A stretch of 64,000 nucleotides of DNA. It comes from the human T2T-CHM13v2.0 reference genome, Homo sapiens. This document shows positions 42,650 through 57,619 of this stretch, in pieces. Within the stretch, counting starts at the first letter, position 1, and each line of letters opens with the position of its first letter. The position numbers and the translations under genes were made by a program. The notes below the pieces were generated by a model that saw only the letters and a program-made list of their open reading frames with translations, searched no databases and had not been told where the DNA came from. The stretch lies in the NCBI RefSeq assembly GCF_009914755.1, contig NC_060947.1; one strand, given 5' to 3'.

Positions 42650-43005
42650 CTTATTTATTCATGCATTCATTCATTTATTCATTTAGTAAATGTATGCTGA
42701 GCTGGTTAGCAGGCACAATTCTAGGCACTGTGGCTAAAAAGGGAAGTGAGAAGGACAAAGTCCCTGCTCTCAAGGGGTTTACATTCAACCGGGGAGACAG
42801 AAAGCAAAGTGGATGCATAATATAACATCAAATAGCAATAGGTCTTGTGAAAAAAATACCAAGGCATACTCTGGATCAAGTGACCAGGATGGGAAGGCAA
42901 AAGGCCTCTCTGAGGAGGTGATATTTGGCAAGAAAGAAAGAGAAAGCCATGCAGATGGTTGGCGAAAAATGTTCCAGGCAGAGGGAAGAGCAAGTTCAAA
43001 TGCCT
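42650..43005 (-). mobile_element. L2 (L2a-like)
   Basis: cattcattcatttattcatttagtaaatg...ctaggcactg...caaagtccctgctctcaaggggtttacattc. Confidence 0.75.
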
Positions 43006-43742
43006 CAGTTTATATTTCTGTGAATAGTAAATGAAAGTTTATAGACTCCTGGCACATCGTTAAGTGCTTATTAGATGTTAGATATAATTTTAAGATAATA
43101 AATGTGGATAATTAATTCCACGTTATTATGTGTCTTCTTTGCTGTAATGTACATCCTCCTTTTCATCTAGACCATTTTTCTTCTCTTGAATATTATATTA
43201 TTTATCCTGTTCTCAGAGCTGTTAGATTGCCCTCTTATTAATTTGTAGTGACTTTAACCCTGCTTGCAATATTCAAATGTTATTACTGTCAGAGGTCCTG
43301 TTTTCTCAGTCTTTGCCCTTTTGCTCAACATTTGTATACTCTGAGTAATGCCAAATTGATTTTCTTGCTAAGTGTTGGGCAACTGCCCTCTCTAAACAGT
43401 AAAATTCACAACTTCTCTGTGATGATGATAATGTTGATGTACCTGCCCTATGGGGACCTGTTGTTTTGTATGCATGTGCAGGGAGAGGGGTGATCAAAAA
43501 ATGGTGTCAAGATGTCATTTGGAAGATGGTACCTGCAGAAAACACAGAAAACCCAATCATACCCCACCCCCATCCTCCGCATTTCCCACCATGGTTTCTT
43601 GTTTACACTTCTCCGATTCTCCCAGAAGTCAGAGCAAAGTGACTGTTTACCTCTGTCTCTGGCTGGGAAAAAACCACTCCCAGAGCTCAACTCACTTTTA
43701 TTGATTTCTATATTGTTTGGCTGTAAAACATTTATTCTCAGT

Positions 43743-44755
43743 TGTATCAGTTTGGGTCCAGTTAGAGAAAAAAACACAGTCATTTGAACAGTGAAAGTTT
43801 TTACAAATAATTATTAAATGTAACAGGGGATTATAGTAATGAAGGGATTGGCTAGCATAAAAGAAAGATGTATTAGTTTGCTCAGGCTGCCGTAACAAAA
43901 TACTATAGACTGAGTGGCTTAAACAAAAGATATTTCTTTCTCACAGTTCTAGTGACTGGGAAGTCCAAGATCAAGGTACCAGCCAATTTGGTTTCTGGCT
44001 TTTGGATGGCTACCTTCTTGCTCTGTGCTCACATGATCTCTTTTTTGTAATCACGATGGAGAGAAAGAGCAAGCTCTCTGGTGTCTCTTCTTATAAGGGC
44101 ACTAATCCCATCAAGAGCCTCGTTCTCATGACCCTCCTCATCTAACCCTAATTACCTCCCAAAGAAAGGCCTCATCTCCACGTACTGTCATATTGAGGGT
44201 TAAGGCGTCAACATATGGATTTTCAGGGGAGGGCACAAACATTCAGTCTATAGCAAAAGAGAACCATAAATAATAGAGGAATGGCTACCATTAGCCCTAG
44301 GGCTGAGATAGCACACCTGAGAAAAAGTCCCTATGTTTTCATCCCCAAAGCAGAGATCCGCACTTTATTGGGAAGGTACAACCATAGCTTACCGAATGGC
44401 AGAAATCGCTAAGTTGCTATACCAGCAGAACTTGTCAGAAATCTGTCTTCTTCAAGTTAACAGAGACCCTCCCTCTAAGGTACCTGGGAAACATCGCCAA
44501 GCTGCTGGTTGCCAAGCACTGTAGGAGCCAGGTGCTGAAGAAGGCTTGCACGCTGTAAGAGCCTGCCAAGTGAGCACATTGAAAATAGGAAGCAAATCCC
44601 TTTCTTCCTGAAATGTCTCACCAGTGCCCTCTCCCCACAAAGCTTCAGTGCCAGCTAGTTAAGAAAAACATATCTCAAAGGCCCAGATCTATTTTTACCG
44701 AGCAGGCAGAAAGGTACATTTAGAACTAAGAGGCAATAAATCAATAACCAGCACA
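43743..44755 (-). mobile_element. ERVL LTR (LTR41/LTR33-like) interrupted by MLT1A
   Basis: Termini tgtatcagtttgggtccagt ... aagaggcaataaatcaataaccagcaca (reverse complement TGTGCTGGTTATTGATTTATTGCCTCT). Confidence 0.65.
43869..44255 (-). mobile_element. MLT1A-type MaLR LTR
   Basis: tgtattagtttgctcaggctgccgtaacaaaatac...acaaacattcagtctatagca. 5-bp TSD AAAGA at 43864-43868 and 44256-44260. Confidence 0.88.
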
Positions 44756-44849
44756 CTGATATAAACAAATAATAAATAACAGCAGAAGCAGACTCAGTGA
44801 AGAATATATTGTTTGTTAGCAGAGTCCACTACTTTGCAGGGCCATTCTC

Positions 44850-44937
44850 AGTTTGATTCATTGCTATGTGCTCTGTGCCTAGAATAAAATCTGACCCAAT
44901 ATGGATGCTCAGTAAATATTTGTTGGATGAATGAATA
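44850..44937 (+). mobile_element. L2 3' terminal fragment just upstream of the branch point
   Basis: tgcctagaata..atgctcagtaaatatttgttggatgaatgaat. Confidence 0.65.
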
Positions 44938-44938
44938 A

Positions 44939-45370
<432 letters not shown>

Positions 45371-46528
45371 TAAAGCCGTTGTCTCAATATTTGCATGTGT
45401 TGCTGCTTTCTAAAATTTAGAATCAAAATCATAAAAAGATGGGATTGGAATTTATATTAGACATTATTTCTAGCTTATGGAGAAAAGCGATACCATCTGG
45501 GTAGCTACTTATGTTACCAAGAATTACTAAAAACTATGAAATAAAATTTATACAGGAAGTAAAATGGTGCAAATAAAATGTAAGCAAAGACTTGCAGAAA
45601 GGATGCATAGTTTCTTGCTAAATGAGTTGTAACATTTTGCTATTGCCCTTCGCAGACAGATAGAGCATGGATACTTCTGGTTCACACACATTTGCAAAGA
45701 TGATTTAGGTAATGTGTGTATGTGCACAGGGAGAGGAAGAGAGAATTACCATGTTAGAGAATATGAAGGTTGTGTTCCAGATTGCTTTGCTAACCAAAAC
45801 TTCTGGGTCAATACAAAAATCTTCCCAAGTCTTTCAGGGCCAATACCAAAGTTAATAACAAATTCAGTTCCTGTATCCCCAAGGATACCCACCATACATC
45901 TACACATCTTTGTCAGCTTCTGGAAGAGGTATATGCAGTTTGTTTAAAGATAATGCATTGAAGCAATGCCCATGTAACACATTCGCAGTTAAAAACCTCA
46001 GTTTAAGCATTTAGCCCCTCATAGATTGTGAATCACATCCTTCATGAATGATCATGTATGTCATTGGACTATTAGAACATTAGCGAAGCTGGGTATAGTC
46101 ATATAGAGGGTGTGTTTAAATCTATTTATTTGGCTTTCTGTATTTGGGCTTATTCAGAGAAATAAAGAAGAATCTAAAGTAATGGATTCCCATAACTCAG
46201 AGAAAGTCTCAGAATCACCTAGTGTCTTTTTCAAATAAAAATTTACCGCTCCTGAAATCCTGATCAGCAGCTAACACTCCTCTGTCATAAATATCATGCC
46301 TCCCTCTCACCGTCATCTCTAATAATTACCTGTAAGCTGAGCCATGGCTACGGGTGTGCTAGGACATTGAAATAGGTCAAGTTGCATAAAAGTTAAACAG
46401 AAAGGTATCTTTCTAACACTAGCAACATATATTATGTTAGAGTTAATGTTGGAAAATATAAATGAATATAAGTAAAGAGTTGTGCTTGGGAAAAATGCCT
46501 AAGGGATTTTCAAAGAACAAATGCATCT

Positions 46529-46878
<350 letters not shown>

Positions 46879-47318
46879 TTACTAATCCTTTTATGATTAA
46901 ACATAACTCTTAATAAAAGTAGAGGTTTTGTAGGGGTACAGATCAATAACTGTCACACTAGTACAGTTAAAGAATACTGTTTGGACTAGCTGTTCCCATT
47001 TGACCAATAGTAATTAGATTTTAATTTCATATCTGCTGTGTTTCTTTTTAAAAATCATTATTTCTGATTGTTCATGCATGTCGTAAGGTGATTCTTCAAG
47101 ATAGGCAAATGTGTGTCCTCATTTATCTGACATTAGAATTGAGTTGGATGTCCATAGTATAATACTACATTTCGTCACTTATTATTGATGGAAAAATAAT
47201 GATGTGTTCACATTAGTAATCTGAATTTTGAAAACACTGAGGTTGCAATTCTCTGATGTATTTAAATATACACTGTGATCCAATACTCTGAGAAACTGCA
47301 TTAAAATGCCTCTGGAAG

Positions 47319-47697
<379 letters not shown>

Positions 47698-48467
47698 TCA
47701 TATGTCTACATTTTAATAAAAGGTGAAACTAAAAGACAAATACTTTAAAGTTTATGTGTGTCAAGTGGCAATCTAGAGAAAGGGATAAACTGCAGGAAGA
47801 GATACTTTTGTCACTGAAATTCAAATATGCCAATCAATTTGAAGGGAGTGTTGTTACAGCTTTCTTTTCCAATTTGGAAAGGGGTACTCAAAAGTCTTTA
47901 CAAACAGCATTTGAAATAGCACGGCTTGGTGTTGACGTGAGAGGAGCTCAAGGGCTGTCAGTTGAGTCACTGACATTTTGGCATATTGTTAGCTATCAGG
48001 CCACTAAACTGTCACCATTAGTTTTTAAATAATCCACTTGCAAAGAATTTTAGAGGCTTGAAAATGTTAGCATCCATTCTAAGGTTCTAGTCTTTCTGAT
48101 AAATATTCTGAGTATTAACTTGTCAATGAAATTGTTTATCAAGCTTTTCATATACAACTAATTTCCATTTACACTTAAATATATGCAATTAAATGGCATA
48201 CATAATGGAAACACCTAAGACTCCTATCATTATAATGAACAAGAACTTTCTTATTTCCTTCTTTAATATCTATTTTGGACAGAATAATACCACACAATTC
48301 TTTGCTCCATACTTACTGGCTCTTTACTCAGTTTACTCATTCTTAAATTTATATTTTATTTTTTACATGAAAAAGTGAATGAAGGAAAGCTATGTAACAA
48401 TTTCTTTTGTCTTATTTTATGGCCATATATAAAAACAAGTTTACTCTTAAAAAAATAAAAATTTGGT

Positions 48468-48786
48468 GGCCAGGTGTGGTGGCTCACACCTGTAATCCCA
48501 GCACTTTGGGAGGCAGAGGCAGGTGGATTGCTTGAGGCCAGGAGTCCAAGACCAGCCTGCGTAACACAGTGAGACCCCGTGTCTACAAAAATGAAACTGT
48601 TTAAAAATTAGCCTGGTGTGGTGGTGTGCACCTATAGTCCTAGCTACTCAGGAGGATAAGGTGGGAGGATTTCTTGAGGCCAGGAGTTTGAGGCTGCAGT
48701 GAGCTATGATCACACCACTGCACTTCTGCCTGGGCAACAGAGCAAGACCTTGTCTCTTAAAAATGAAATGAAATAAAATAAAATAA
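48468..48786 (+). mobile_element. AluJ
   Basis: J diagnostics ggattgcttgagg, gaggctgcagtgagctatgatc. Confidence 0.92.
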
Positions 48787-48934
48787 TAGTTCCGTATTCT
48801 TGACCTCCAACTTTTTAATTCCCCTTTTCATAGTTATGCCCTATTAGCAGTTTCATATGCAAAGCTAGCTGGTATATGTGGAAGCATTCCAGTGCCCCCC
48901 AAATGGTAGCATGCTAAGTTATTTGGCACCCTAT

Positions 48935-51900
48935 TTTTAATTAAAATTTTATTTTTGAGATAATTGCAGGTTCATATTCAGTTGCAAGACATAACGTAGA
49001 GAGATGCCATACCCAGATTTGCTCGGTGGTAGCATTTTGTAAAACTGTGGTACAATATCATAATCGGGATATTGACATTGATACAGTCAAGATACAAAAC
49101 AATGCCATCACGTCTCAAGGGCCCCTCCTATTGTTCTTTTATAGCTACATCCATCTCTACCCAACCCCAATCCCAAACCCCTGTCAACCACTAATCTATT
49201 CTTTATATTTATAGTTTTGTTAATTTATTAATGCAATATTAATGAAATCATACAGTATAGAACCTTATGGAATTGGATTTTTCACTCAGCATAATTCCTT
49301 TGAAATCCATCCAAGTTGTTGTACATATCCATAGTTCATTCCTTTTTATTGCTGTGTAGTATTCCATGGTATGGACTACCACCATATTTATTCACTTGTT
49401 GAAGGGTGTCTCTATTATTTCCAGTTTGGGGATATTAAAAAGGAAACTTCTATGAACATTCATATTCAATTTTTGGTGAACATAAGTTTATTTTTCTGGA
49501 ATAAATGCGCAAGAGTGAACATGGATTGAATGGTAGTTGTGTGCTTAGTTTTATGAGAAAGAACCAAACTATTTTTCAAAGTAGCTATAGCATCTGATGT
49601 TCCCACCAGCAATGTATGATTTCTCCACATCCTTGCAGCATTTGCGATTGTCACTACTTTTAATTGTAGCCATTCTGGTAGGCATATTGTGATAACTCAT
49701 TATGATTTTCATTTGCATTTTCCTAATGGCTAATGATTAAAATTTTCATGTGTTGATTTGCCATCTCTCTTCTTGTCAGTAAAATGTCCATATTTTTGTA
49801 CATTTTATAATTGAATTATTTATGTCCTCCTCATTGAATTTTGAGAATTCTTTGTATGTTCTAAATATTAATTCTTTTTGGAGATGTAGTTTGCCAATAT
49901 TTTCTGACTGCCTGTAGGTTATCTTTTTGTCCTTCTAACAGGGTCTTTTGCAAAGCAGAAGTTTTTAATTATGATAAGTTTCAATTTGTGAATTTTTCCA
50001 GTTATGGACCATGCTTTTGGTGTGAAGTCTAAAAATTCTGCCAAGTGCTAAGTCCTGAAGATTTTTCCTTGTTTTATTTTTTATTTTTAAGATTTAAAAA
50101 ATTGTTAAAAATTCAGTTGCTTTACATTTTACATTTAAGTCTGTAATTAATTTTGAATTAATCTATTTTTTGAAGAAATGCTTATTTTATTTTTTATTTT
50201 TTATTTTTATGTATTTATTTATTTATTTTAAGTCCTGGGGCACATGTGCAGGATGTGCAGATTTGTTACATAGGTAAACGTGTGCCATGGTGGTTTGCTG
50301 CACCTATCAACCCATCACCTAGGTATTAAGTCCAGCATGCATCAGCTATTTTTCCTGATGCTCTCCCTCCCCCAGCCCACCTGCCCAGCCCCAGCAGGCC
50401 CCAGTGTGTGTTGTTCCCCTCCCTATGTTCATGTGTTCTCATCGTTCAGTTCCTACTTATAAGCGAGAATATGTGGAGTTTGGTTTCCTGTTCCTGCATT
50501 AGTTTACTGAGGATACTGGCTTCCAGCTCCATCCATGTCCCTGCAAAGGACCTAAGCTCATTCTTCTTTATGGCAGCATAGTATTCCATGGTGTATATGT
50601 ACCACATTTTCTTTATCCCGTCTATCATTGATGGGCATTTGGGTTGATTGCATGTTTTTGCTATTGTGAGTAGTGCTGCAATGAACATATTCATGCATTT
50701 ATCTTTATAATAGAATGATTTATATTCATTTGGGAATATGCCCAGTAATGGGATTGCTGCATCAAATGGTATTTCTGTTTCTATATCTTTGAGGAATCGC
50801 CACACTGTCTTCCACAATGGTTGAACTAATTTACGTTCCTACCCACAGTGTAAAAGCATTCCTTTTTTTTCTGTAACCTCGCCAGCATCTGTTGTTTCTT
50901 GACTTTTTAATAATCGCCATTCTGACTGGCGTGAGATGGTACCTCATTGTGGTTTTGATTTGCATTTCTCTAATGATAAGTAATGTTGAACGTTTTTTCA
51001 TATGTTTGTTGGCCGCTTAAATGTCTTCTTTTGAGAAGTATCTGTTCATATCCTTTGCCCACTTTTTAATGGAGTTGTTTGTTTTTTTCTCATAAGTTTT
51101 TTTAAGTTCCTTGTAGACTCTGGATATTAGACCTTTGTCAAGTGGACAGATTGCAAAAATTTTCTCCTATTCCTTAGGTTGTCTGTTCACTCTGATGATA
51201 GTTTCTTTTGCTGTGCAAAACTCTTTAGTTTAATTAGATCCCATTTGTCAATTTTTGCTTTTGTCGCAATTACTTTTGGCATTTTCATCATGAAATCTTA
51301 ATTTTGAATTAATATTTATTTCAGGACTGATGTTTGTTTAGGTTAAGTCTTAGTTTTATGGGGTTGGATGTCCAGTTGTCCCAGCACCATTTGTTGAAAA
51401 GGCTATGCTTCCTCCATTGAATTGCTTTTGCATCTTTATTCAGAATCCATTGAGCATATTTTTGTAGGTTAATTTCTGTGTTTTTTATTCCATACCTTTG
51501 TCTATCCCTCTGCCAATACCAAACTGTATTGATTAGTATAGCTATATGGTGGTGAAAATATCAACTAGAGTGATTCCTCCTACTTTATATGTCTTTTTAA
51601 AGATTGTGTTTAGCTATTATAGGGCCTATTATTTTTCATGTAAATTATAGCATAAGTTTGTCTATGTCTACAAAAATCCTTACTAGAATTTTGATAGCAG
51701 TTTCATTAAGCCTATGGATCAATTTGAGGAGAATTGATATCTTTACCATATTGAGTCTCACTATCTGTGAGTACAGTATGTGCCTCCACGTATTTAGGAC
51801 TTCCTTCTTTGGTTTCTTTCATCAGCATACAAATCCTATAAACATTTTGTTAAAATTTTAACTAAGTATTTCATTTTCTTTGGAATGTTTGTAAATGATA

Positions 51901-51975
51901 TCTTCTGTTTAATTTTGGTTTCGACATGTACATTGTTACTATGTGAAAATGTGATTGATTTTTGTGTTAACATTT
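48935..51975 (-). mobile_element. Ancient L1MC-like element interrupted by a younger L1PA
   Basis: tttttgagataattgcaggttcata..gatattgacattgatacagtcaagatac; decayed ORF2 motifs continue on both sides of the nested L1PA. Confidence 0.78.
50163..51297 (-). mobile_element. 5'-truncated L1PA (about L1PA8-11) nested in L1MC
   Basis: ORF2 C-terminus MWKTVWRFLKD..IPLLGI..YTMEYYAAIKK. 16-bp TSD TTAATTTTGAATTAAT at 50147-50162 and 51298-51313. Confidence 0.92.
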
Positions 51976-52629
51976 TAAAAACATATTTTTTTCAAATGAC
52001 ATATCTATAATGTGTTATATCTAGCATGTAGTTCATTTGCTCAAGTCTTGATTTTTCCTTTTGGGACTATGTAACTCTTTTTTCTCATTGAAAGAACACA
52101 GTAAGTAAGCATCTATCAAAAAGTACTTAAAGAACATCCATTTATTCACTCATGCTATGCTAATGGTAGGATTTAAAAGATTTAAAGAGAAGCTTTTACT
52201 TTCAAGTAGTTTACCTAAGAGAAAATAAGTGTGTAATAAATTGCTGCAGATACTATGAAAATAGTTTAGAATTCAGTGGAATTCTGCCGAGATAGAGTAG
52301 CCCCGTTCCTCTTAAGTCTTCCTTCTTACAACTAAAAAGTCTGCATGTAACGGCAAACAAGCATAAGAAGTCTCTGAAAGATGGAAGAAATACCTCTGAG
52401 AAAGACCTCAGAACTTGAAGAATGACATGGCAACATGTCATGTTCTCACTATCCTGTCTGCTCCTCACAGATTAAGGCATGAATTCTTATCATTTTTTCA
52501 CTTTGTTCCTTCATTTGAAATTCAATATTTTCATTGCCTACCTGAACAATACATATTTATTTCTGGATGAAAATCCAGTTTATGTTTACTTTCTTTCTAT
52601 CTTTCCTATAATTACTTCAAAAACAATTG

Positions 52630-54000
52630 TTTCTTCTACCTATTCTGGGGAGAAAACACACTAAAACTTAGTGCCTTAAAACAATAACCATTTTATTTGC
52701 ACGTGACTCTGCAATGTGGGCTGGACTCAGCTAGGTGGTTCTTCCAGTGATCTTGCCTGTGGTCACCTGTGGCTGGAGTCCACTGCAATACAGGGTTGGC
52801 TGAGCCTGTTTCTCTATTATTTCTGAGGGCCTCTCCATGTGCTTTTTCCATTTATCTATCAGGTGAGCCAGACTTTTTATGTGGCAACTCAGAAAGTATA
52901 ACTGCTTATCAAGCATCTCCTTGAGTCATGCTTACTGATGTCTCATGAGCCGAGTTTTGAGATAATAAAGGAGAAGACTTTACAAGGGCTTTGAGGTGTG
53001 GTTCATTGGTAGGACCACCAAAGTAACAGTCTAAGAGTCAACCTTTGACCCTTAATACTGTCATTCATGTCCTTATAAATGCAAAGTATAGTGACCCCAT
53101 TCCTAAAACCTCCAAAGTCTTATCTTTCTGTGGCATCAGGATTAGGTTAGAAGTTGATGATCTTATTATCCAAGTCAGCTCTGAGTGTGAATGAGGTTCT
53201 TCCTGCTTAGTTCCCTGAATACAACTGCTCAGGAGTGGCTGCTCTTCATCCAAAACTCTGTGAACTAAAAAGGTATATAATTTGGCCCTCACATAGCCAA
53301 CATAAATAGTGAGATAGGGATAACATAGCTAAACCAAATATCCCCATTTGAAATGGGGGCTGCGGATAGGAGATACAGAGCAGTCACTGGCCCATGGCAA
53401 TTCTAAAATTCAGCTGGATACATGGCACCAGTTTATTTTATTCTTTTCCCAAGGAGAGTAAATATACTTTATTTTTTATTTTTTTTATTATACTTTAAGT
53501 TCTGGGATACACTTGTAGAACGTGCAGGTTTGTTACATAGGTATACATGTGCCATGGTGGTTTGCTGCACCCACCAACCTGTCATCTACATTAGGTATTT
53601 CTCCTAATGCTATCACTCCCCTAGCCCCACACCCCCCGACAGACCCCGGTATGTGATGTTCCCCTCCATGTGTCCAGGTGTTCTTATTGTTCAACTCCCA
53701 CTTCTTAATTAGGGCTCAGTTCTGGTTACTGGAAGTGGTTCTCTGATATTCTTGGGTCCATGCTCTTCCTTTCTATATAAAATTAATGGCCCAGGCCTCT
53801 TTGCAATTTGAACTTTATCCCTTTTGGTATAAGGTAGTATCGTTCCTTAAAATGTTGTGAAGCTTCCATGTATTAAGTTGTAATCCACTTCATGAAGCAG
53901 AAGCCACACCCATAAATATCTTCAGGAAAGATGCCCCTCTACTTTGCTGTTCAAGTCAGGATGCTGGAGGACAATGTACCAAAGATTCTTAAATGAGTTT
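52630..54000 (-). mobile_element. Old MLT1 LTR plus probable MaLR internal sequence
   Basis: ctaaaacttagtgccttaaaacaataaccattttatttgcacgtgactctgc..gggctggactcagctagg, followed by MLT-int-like sequence. Confidence 0.55.
53468..53703 (-). mobile_element. Very short L1PA 3'UTR insertion (about L1PA7/8)
   Basis: T-rich tail, then tatactttaagttctgggatac...gttcaactcccactt. Confidence 0.9.
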
Positions 54001-56308
54001 TGCCTAGCTAGTCTTAGGGCATGCCTCATAGACCCTCCTAGCTAAGAATCTTAGAGTCTGCCCCATAGACTTTCTTAGCTACTTTCTCTGGATGATGGAG
54101 TATGCATTGTATACCAAACATATTACCACAGACATTTTTCCCCCTCAGAATCAATATGAGGTGTTTGTCAATGAGAAAGCACTCAATACATATTTATTGA
54201 ACAAAATAATGAGTGATTGAGGTTAGTGTTCCTTAGAATACCTTGTGGAAAACACTGCTATAGACAAAATTAAACAATTTTCTGATTCCTATCATTTTCC
54301 ATAAGAAAATAAAATAATTCTTTTTCTTATGACATCTCTTGTCTGAAACCAACACAAATTATGAATGGCTTGTCCTAAATCATGATTTTTGGTATTTCAG
54401 ATGACAATTTTCTGTCTTTTGACAGAATATACCTTTACTGTCACCTGGTGGAAATAAAAACTAATAAAGTGTTAGATCTGATAGACCCAAACAAGTAACT
54501 GCTATAACTGTAGTATAAACAATTTAAGTAATTTTTAAAAATCTGTATGATACAGTATACTTTTAATATTTATGAATTTTTATGTAAGTTATTTAAAAAA
54601 TCAAGTCATTCTTGAATCAAAGGATATATAATGTCAGCATTATTTTAGAAAGCCTTAAACATTTATGCCATAAGGAGTCTTCATAATTTGTTCAGGGCAA
54701 TCAAAGTCCGTATAAATGTTTTATATCCTACCCAGTAATTTTAATGATTGTGTGCATATGTGTTCCAAGGATCTAGTGTAGTTTCACAATCTTGGTTTCC
54801 TAATTTTTAAACTATCTCTCTTAATTGAAACCATAGTATACCCTTGAGAATATCAGCTATAATTTATAGGTTATAAAAATGCAATTAAACCTACATAAGC
54901 CAGTCCCTTTAAAAAAAAAAAGTCATATACAAGTGAAAGTCTTTAAAATAAGATTTCAAGTTTGGATGTAGAGTCTCTTATAGATAATATATTTATTTTG
55001 TAAAACTGCACATCAGGCACTTTCTGTAGTTTTTTGGTAGAGACATCTTTCTTGCCATAGTAGGTTTCAATGAGATTTTTCAGCTGGATAACTCTGATGA
55101 TTCTTGGAGATGGTGTTGAAGTTTAAGCCATATTTCCATGTCTGAGACACGAAGACATTTTCTAATGGATCAAACTACTTTTAACAGAGCAATAATTAGC
55201 CAAATTGCTATATTTCTGGGTTGTGCTCTTTTCAAAAACAACAAATTCAATTGATGGAAGTAAAAGCCAAGAGCTGTGTGAAATGTCTATTTGATTTACT
55301 GATTTTTTTTAACCATCTAGGAAATACATGTCTTCAACAAAACAGCCTATTTTTTTTTTTTTTTTACTAAGAAGATGAAATAAATTCTGCTGGAGTGATC
55401 ATGGGGTAGTTTCTTAGATCACTGGATTAAGAAAAGCTTTGTCTAATCTTACCAAGTCCTATAGGAGAGACAGCTTTGAGAACTCTTTGAAATCAATTGT
55501 GTCATGTTCAAGGCAGAGACTTATAAATTTTCTTCAAAAAGTATCAAATTAATATGGAGTAGATAGAGTACTGGAAAAGATACATTTGTAAAATAATTAG
55601 GTGCATAAAGTCCAATTTGAGATTTTATGTAGTCTTTTTTGTTTTCCATTTTAGGTCAAATGAATCACCATAGGCCCTTTTCAACCATGGATATAACATG
55701 TGTATTTATCGTATTTCACAAACATTACTGAAAATCTAGGACATGACATAATTGGTAATTATAATGAGGGAATTTTAAAAATTACAAACAACATATGCCA
55801 GGCAAACAAATCACTTACAACCCAACAGGACTTTATTGGTGGCTATACAGGGTTATACTGTGATTATTACTATTTGTTCTTTATTTGTAAAAAACTATTC
55901 TCCAAAAAAAATAAAATGTTAACTGCTAATATTGATGCACTAAGTGAAGAGAAATTGATTAGGCTTAATAAAGTAGTAGCTGCTGATCAGCAAAATTTGG
56001 GATAAGTGATAAGGTAATCACTTATTTGAGATCAGTGAAAAAGAATAGGAAGTTAAGATTATTCCAGGCTCTTTCTAAATCTAATTTTGTGTGTGGTCCT
56101 AAAGTAAAAAAAAAAAAATAAATGAATAAAAATCTCATGGAATGTAGAGAAGACAAAAAGGGGCTGATTAAAGAGCGTATGAAGGACTTGTGATTTGAGC
56201 AGTAGTTTCAAGACTAAACTCATGGCTAGGGAAAGTGTAACTGGGAAAGATTTCTGTTAAAAGGTTTCAGGAAGACTACTACAAGAAAAATTAAATAATG
56301 AATGAAAA

Positions 56309-56797
56309 CAGGGGTTGGCAAACTTTTTCTATAAAGAGTAAAATTGTGCACTTTGGGAGGCTGAGGTGGGCAGATCACGAGGTCGGGAGATCGAGACCAT
56401 CCTGGCTAACACGGTGAAACCCCGTTTCTACTAGAAATACAAAAAATGAGCCGGGCGTGGTGGTGGGTGCCTGTAGTCCCAGCTACTCGGGAGGCTGAGG
56501 CAGAAGAATGGCGTGAACCCGGGAGGCAGAGCTTGCACTAAGCCACTGCACTCCAGCCTGGGTGACAGAGCGAGACTCCATCTCAGAAAAAAAAAAAAAA
56601 AGTAAAATTGTAAAAAATTTTAGATTTTTCAAGCCATATAGTCTCTATTACAACTACTCAACTATGTTGTAATAGCTAGACAATATCCATACACAAGATA
56701 TAAATGAGTGGACATGGCTGTGTTTCAATAAAACTTTACTTACACAGACAGGTGGTGGGACGGATTTGGGCTGTGGGTCACAGTTTGCTGACCCCTG
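56309..56797. mobile_element. MER58A hAT MITE interrupted by AluY
   Basis: TIRs caggggttggcaaact / agtttgctgacccctg; internal catggctgtgtttcaataaaactttac. Confidence 0.85.
56348..56600 (+). mobile_element. 5'-truncated AluY
   Basis: Y diagnostics gagatcgagaccatcctggctaacacggtg, gaatggcgtgaacccggg, gagcttgca. TSD AGTAAAATTGT at 56337-56347 and 56601-56611. Confidence 0.95.
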
Positions 56798-57619
56798 ATC
56801 TAGAAAATGCCTTGCAGCTGTCAAATAGCAAAGCCAACAGTAGCAACTGTTGTTATTAACAAAGAAAAAGCTACAATATATTCCTGATAAAGCAAGTAGA
56901 TCAGTGTTGTTAGAAAATGGGCTTTCTGTAGGTGATAGTTAGAAGGATGACTGTAAATAATGGTAAAAAAATGCTAAGACTTCAATGCCAAGAAATATCA
57001 AGCAGGGAATGGAAAACAGAAAGCAGTTTTCCTGGAAGTACCTTACAGGAATTCTATGAAACCAGAGAAATTAGAAAATGGAAAACAGACAAGGAGTGTT
57101 TACAATAAATGAGGCATAAGGCAATGGGGGGCCTATGTTTAGAGTATTAATGGTAGAAGTGCCAAAGAAAATAAAACAGATTCAAGGTCATTTTTGGAAG
57201 AAAAAAATCCATGAGAGATGATACTTGATTGGATATATTCTGAGCTTCATTGGATGTTGCTATGGGAAATAAGTAAAAGAGACAGCAAGAGGCCTATCTT
57301 AATGCTTTTCAATACAAACCTAAACATTTTTACCAAAACAACTCAAGCTCTGAGAAATAAAATCGCCTACACTTTAAGCTATTAGACAGGGAAACATGTA
57401 AATAAAGTTCCCCCATCGCTGGTTTGCCATAGAGCATTTGAATAAATAAAGGAAGGAGTTTGGGGGTACTTTCTAGGTTCTCTGATGGTCTGCTTATTAG
57501 TCTTTCCCTTAGATCATCTTAAAGGCAAAGGTGTAACTTTGCATCTTTGCATCTTTGCATCTCTTATTACACATATATGATCACTGAGATCTGAACAGAG
57601 TAAAATCTTTTGATTAGTT

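Noticed and set aside
54003-54082. Degenerate ~35-bp repeat (ctagcta..tcttag..catagac)
   Set aside because: Old, diverged local duplication at the edge of a MaLR remnant with no sign of function.
55625-55760. Strong-looking acceptor (ttttttgttttccattttag) as a cryptic exon; similar tracts near 11656 and 19253
   Set aside because: Decoy acceptors are abundant in T-rich introns; no convincing paired donor or recognisable coding frame.
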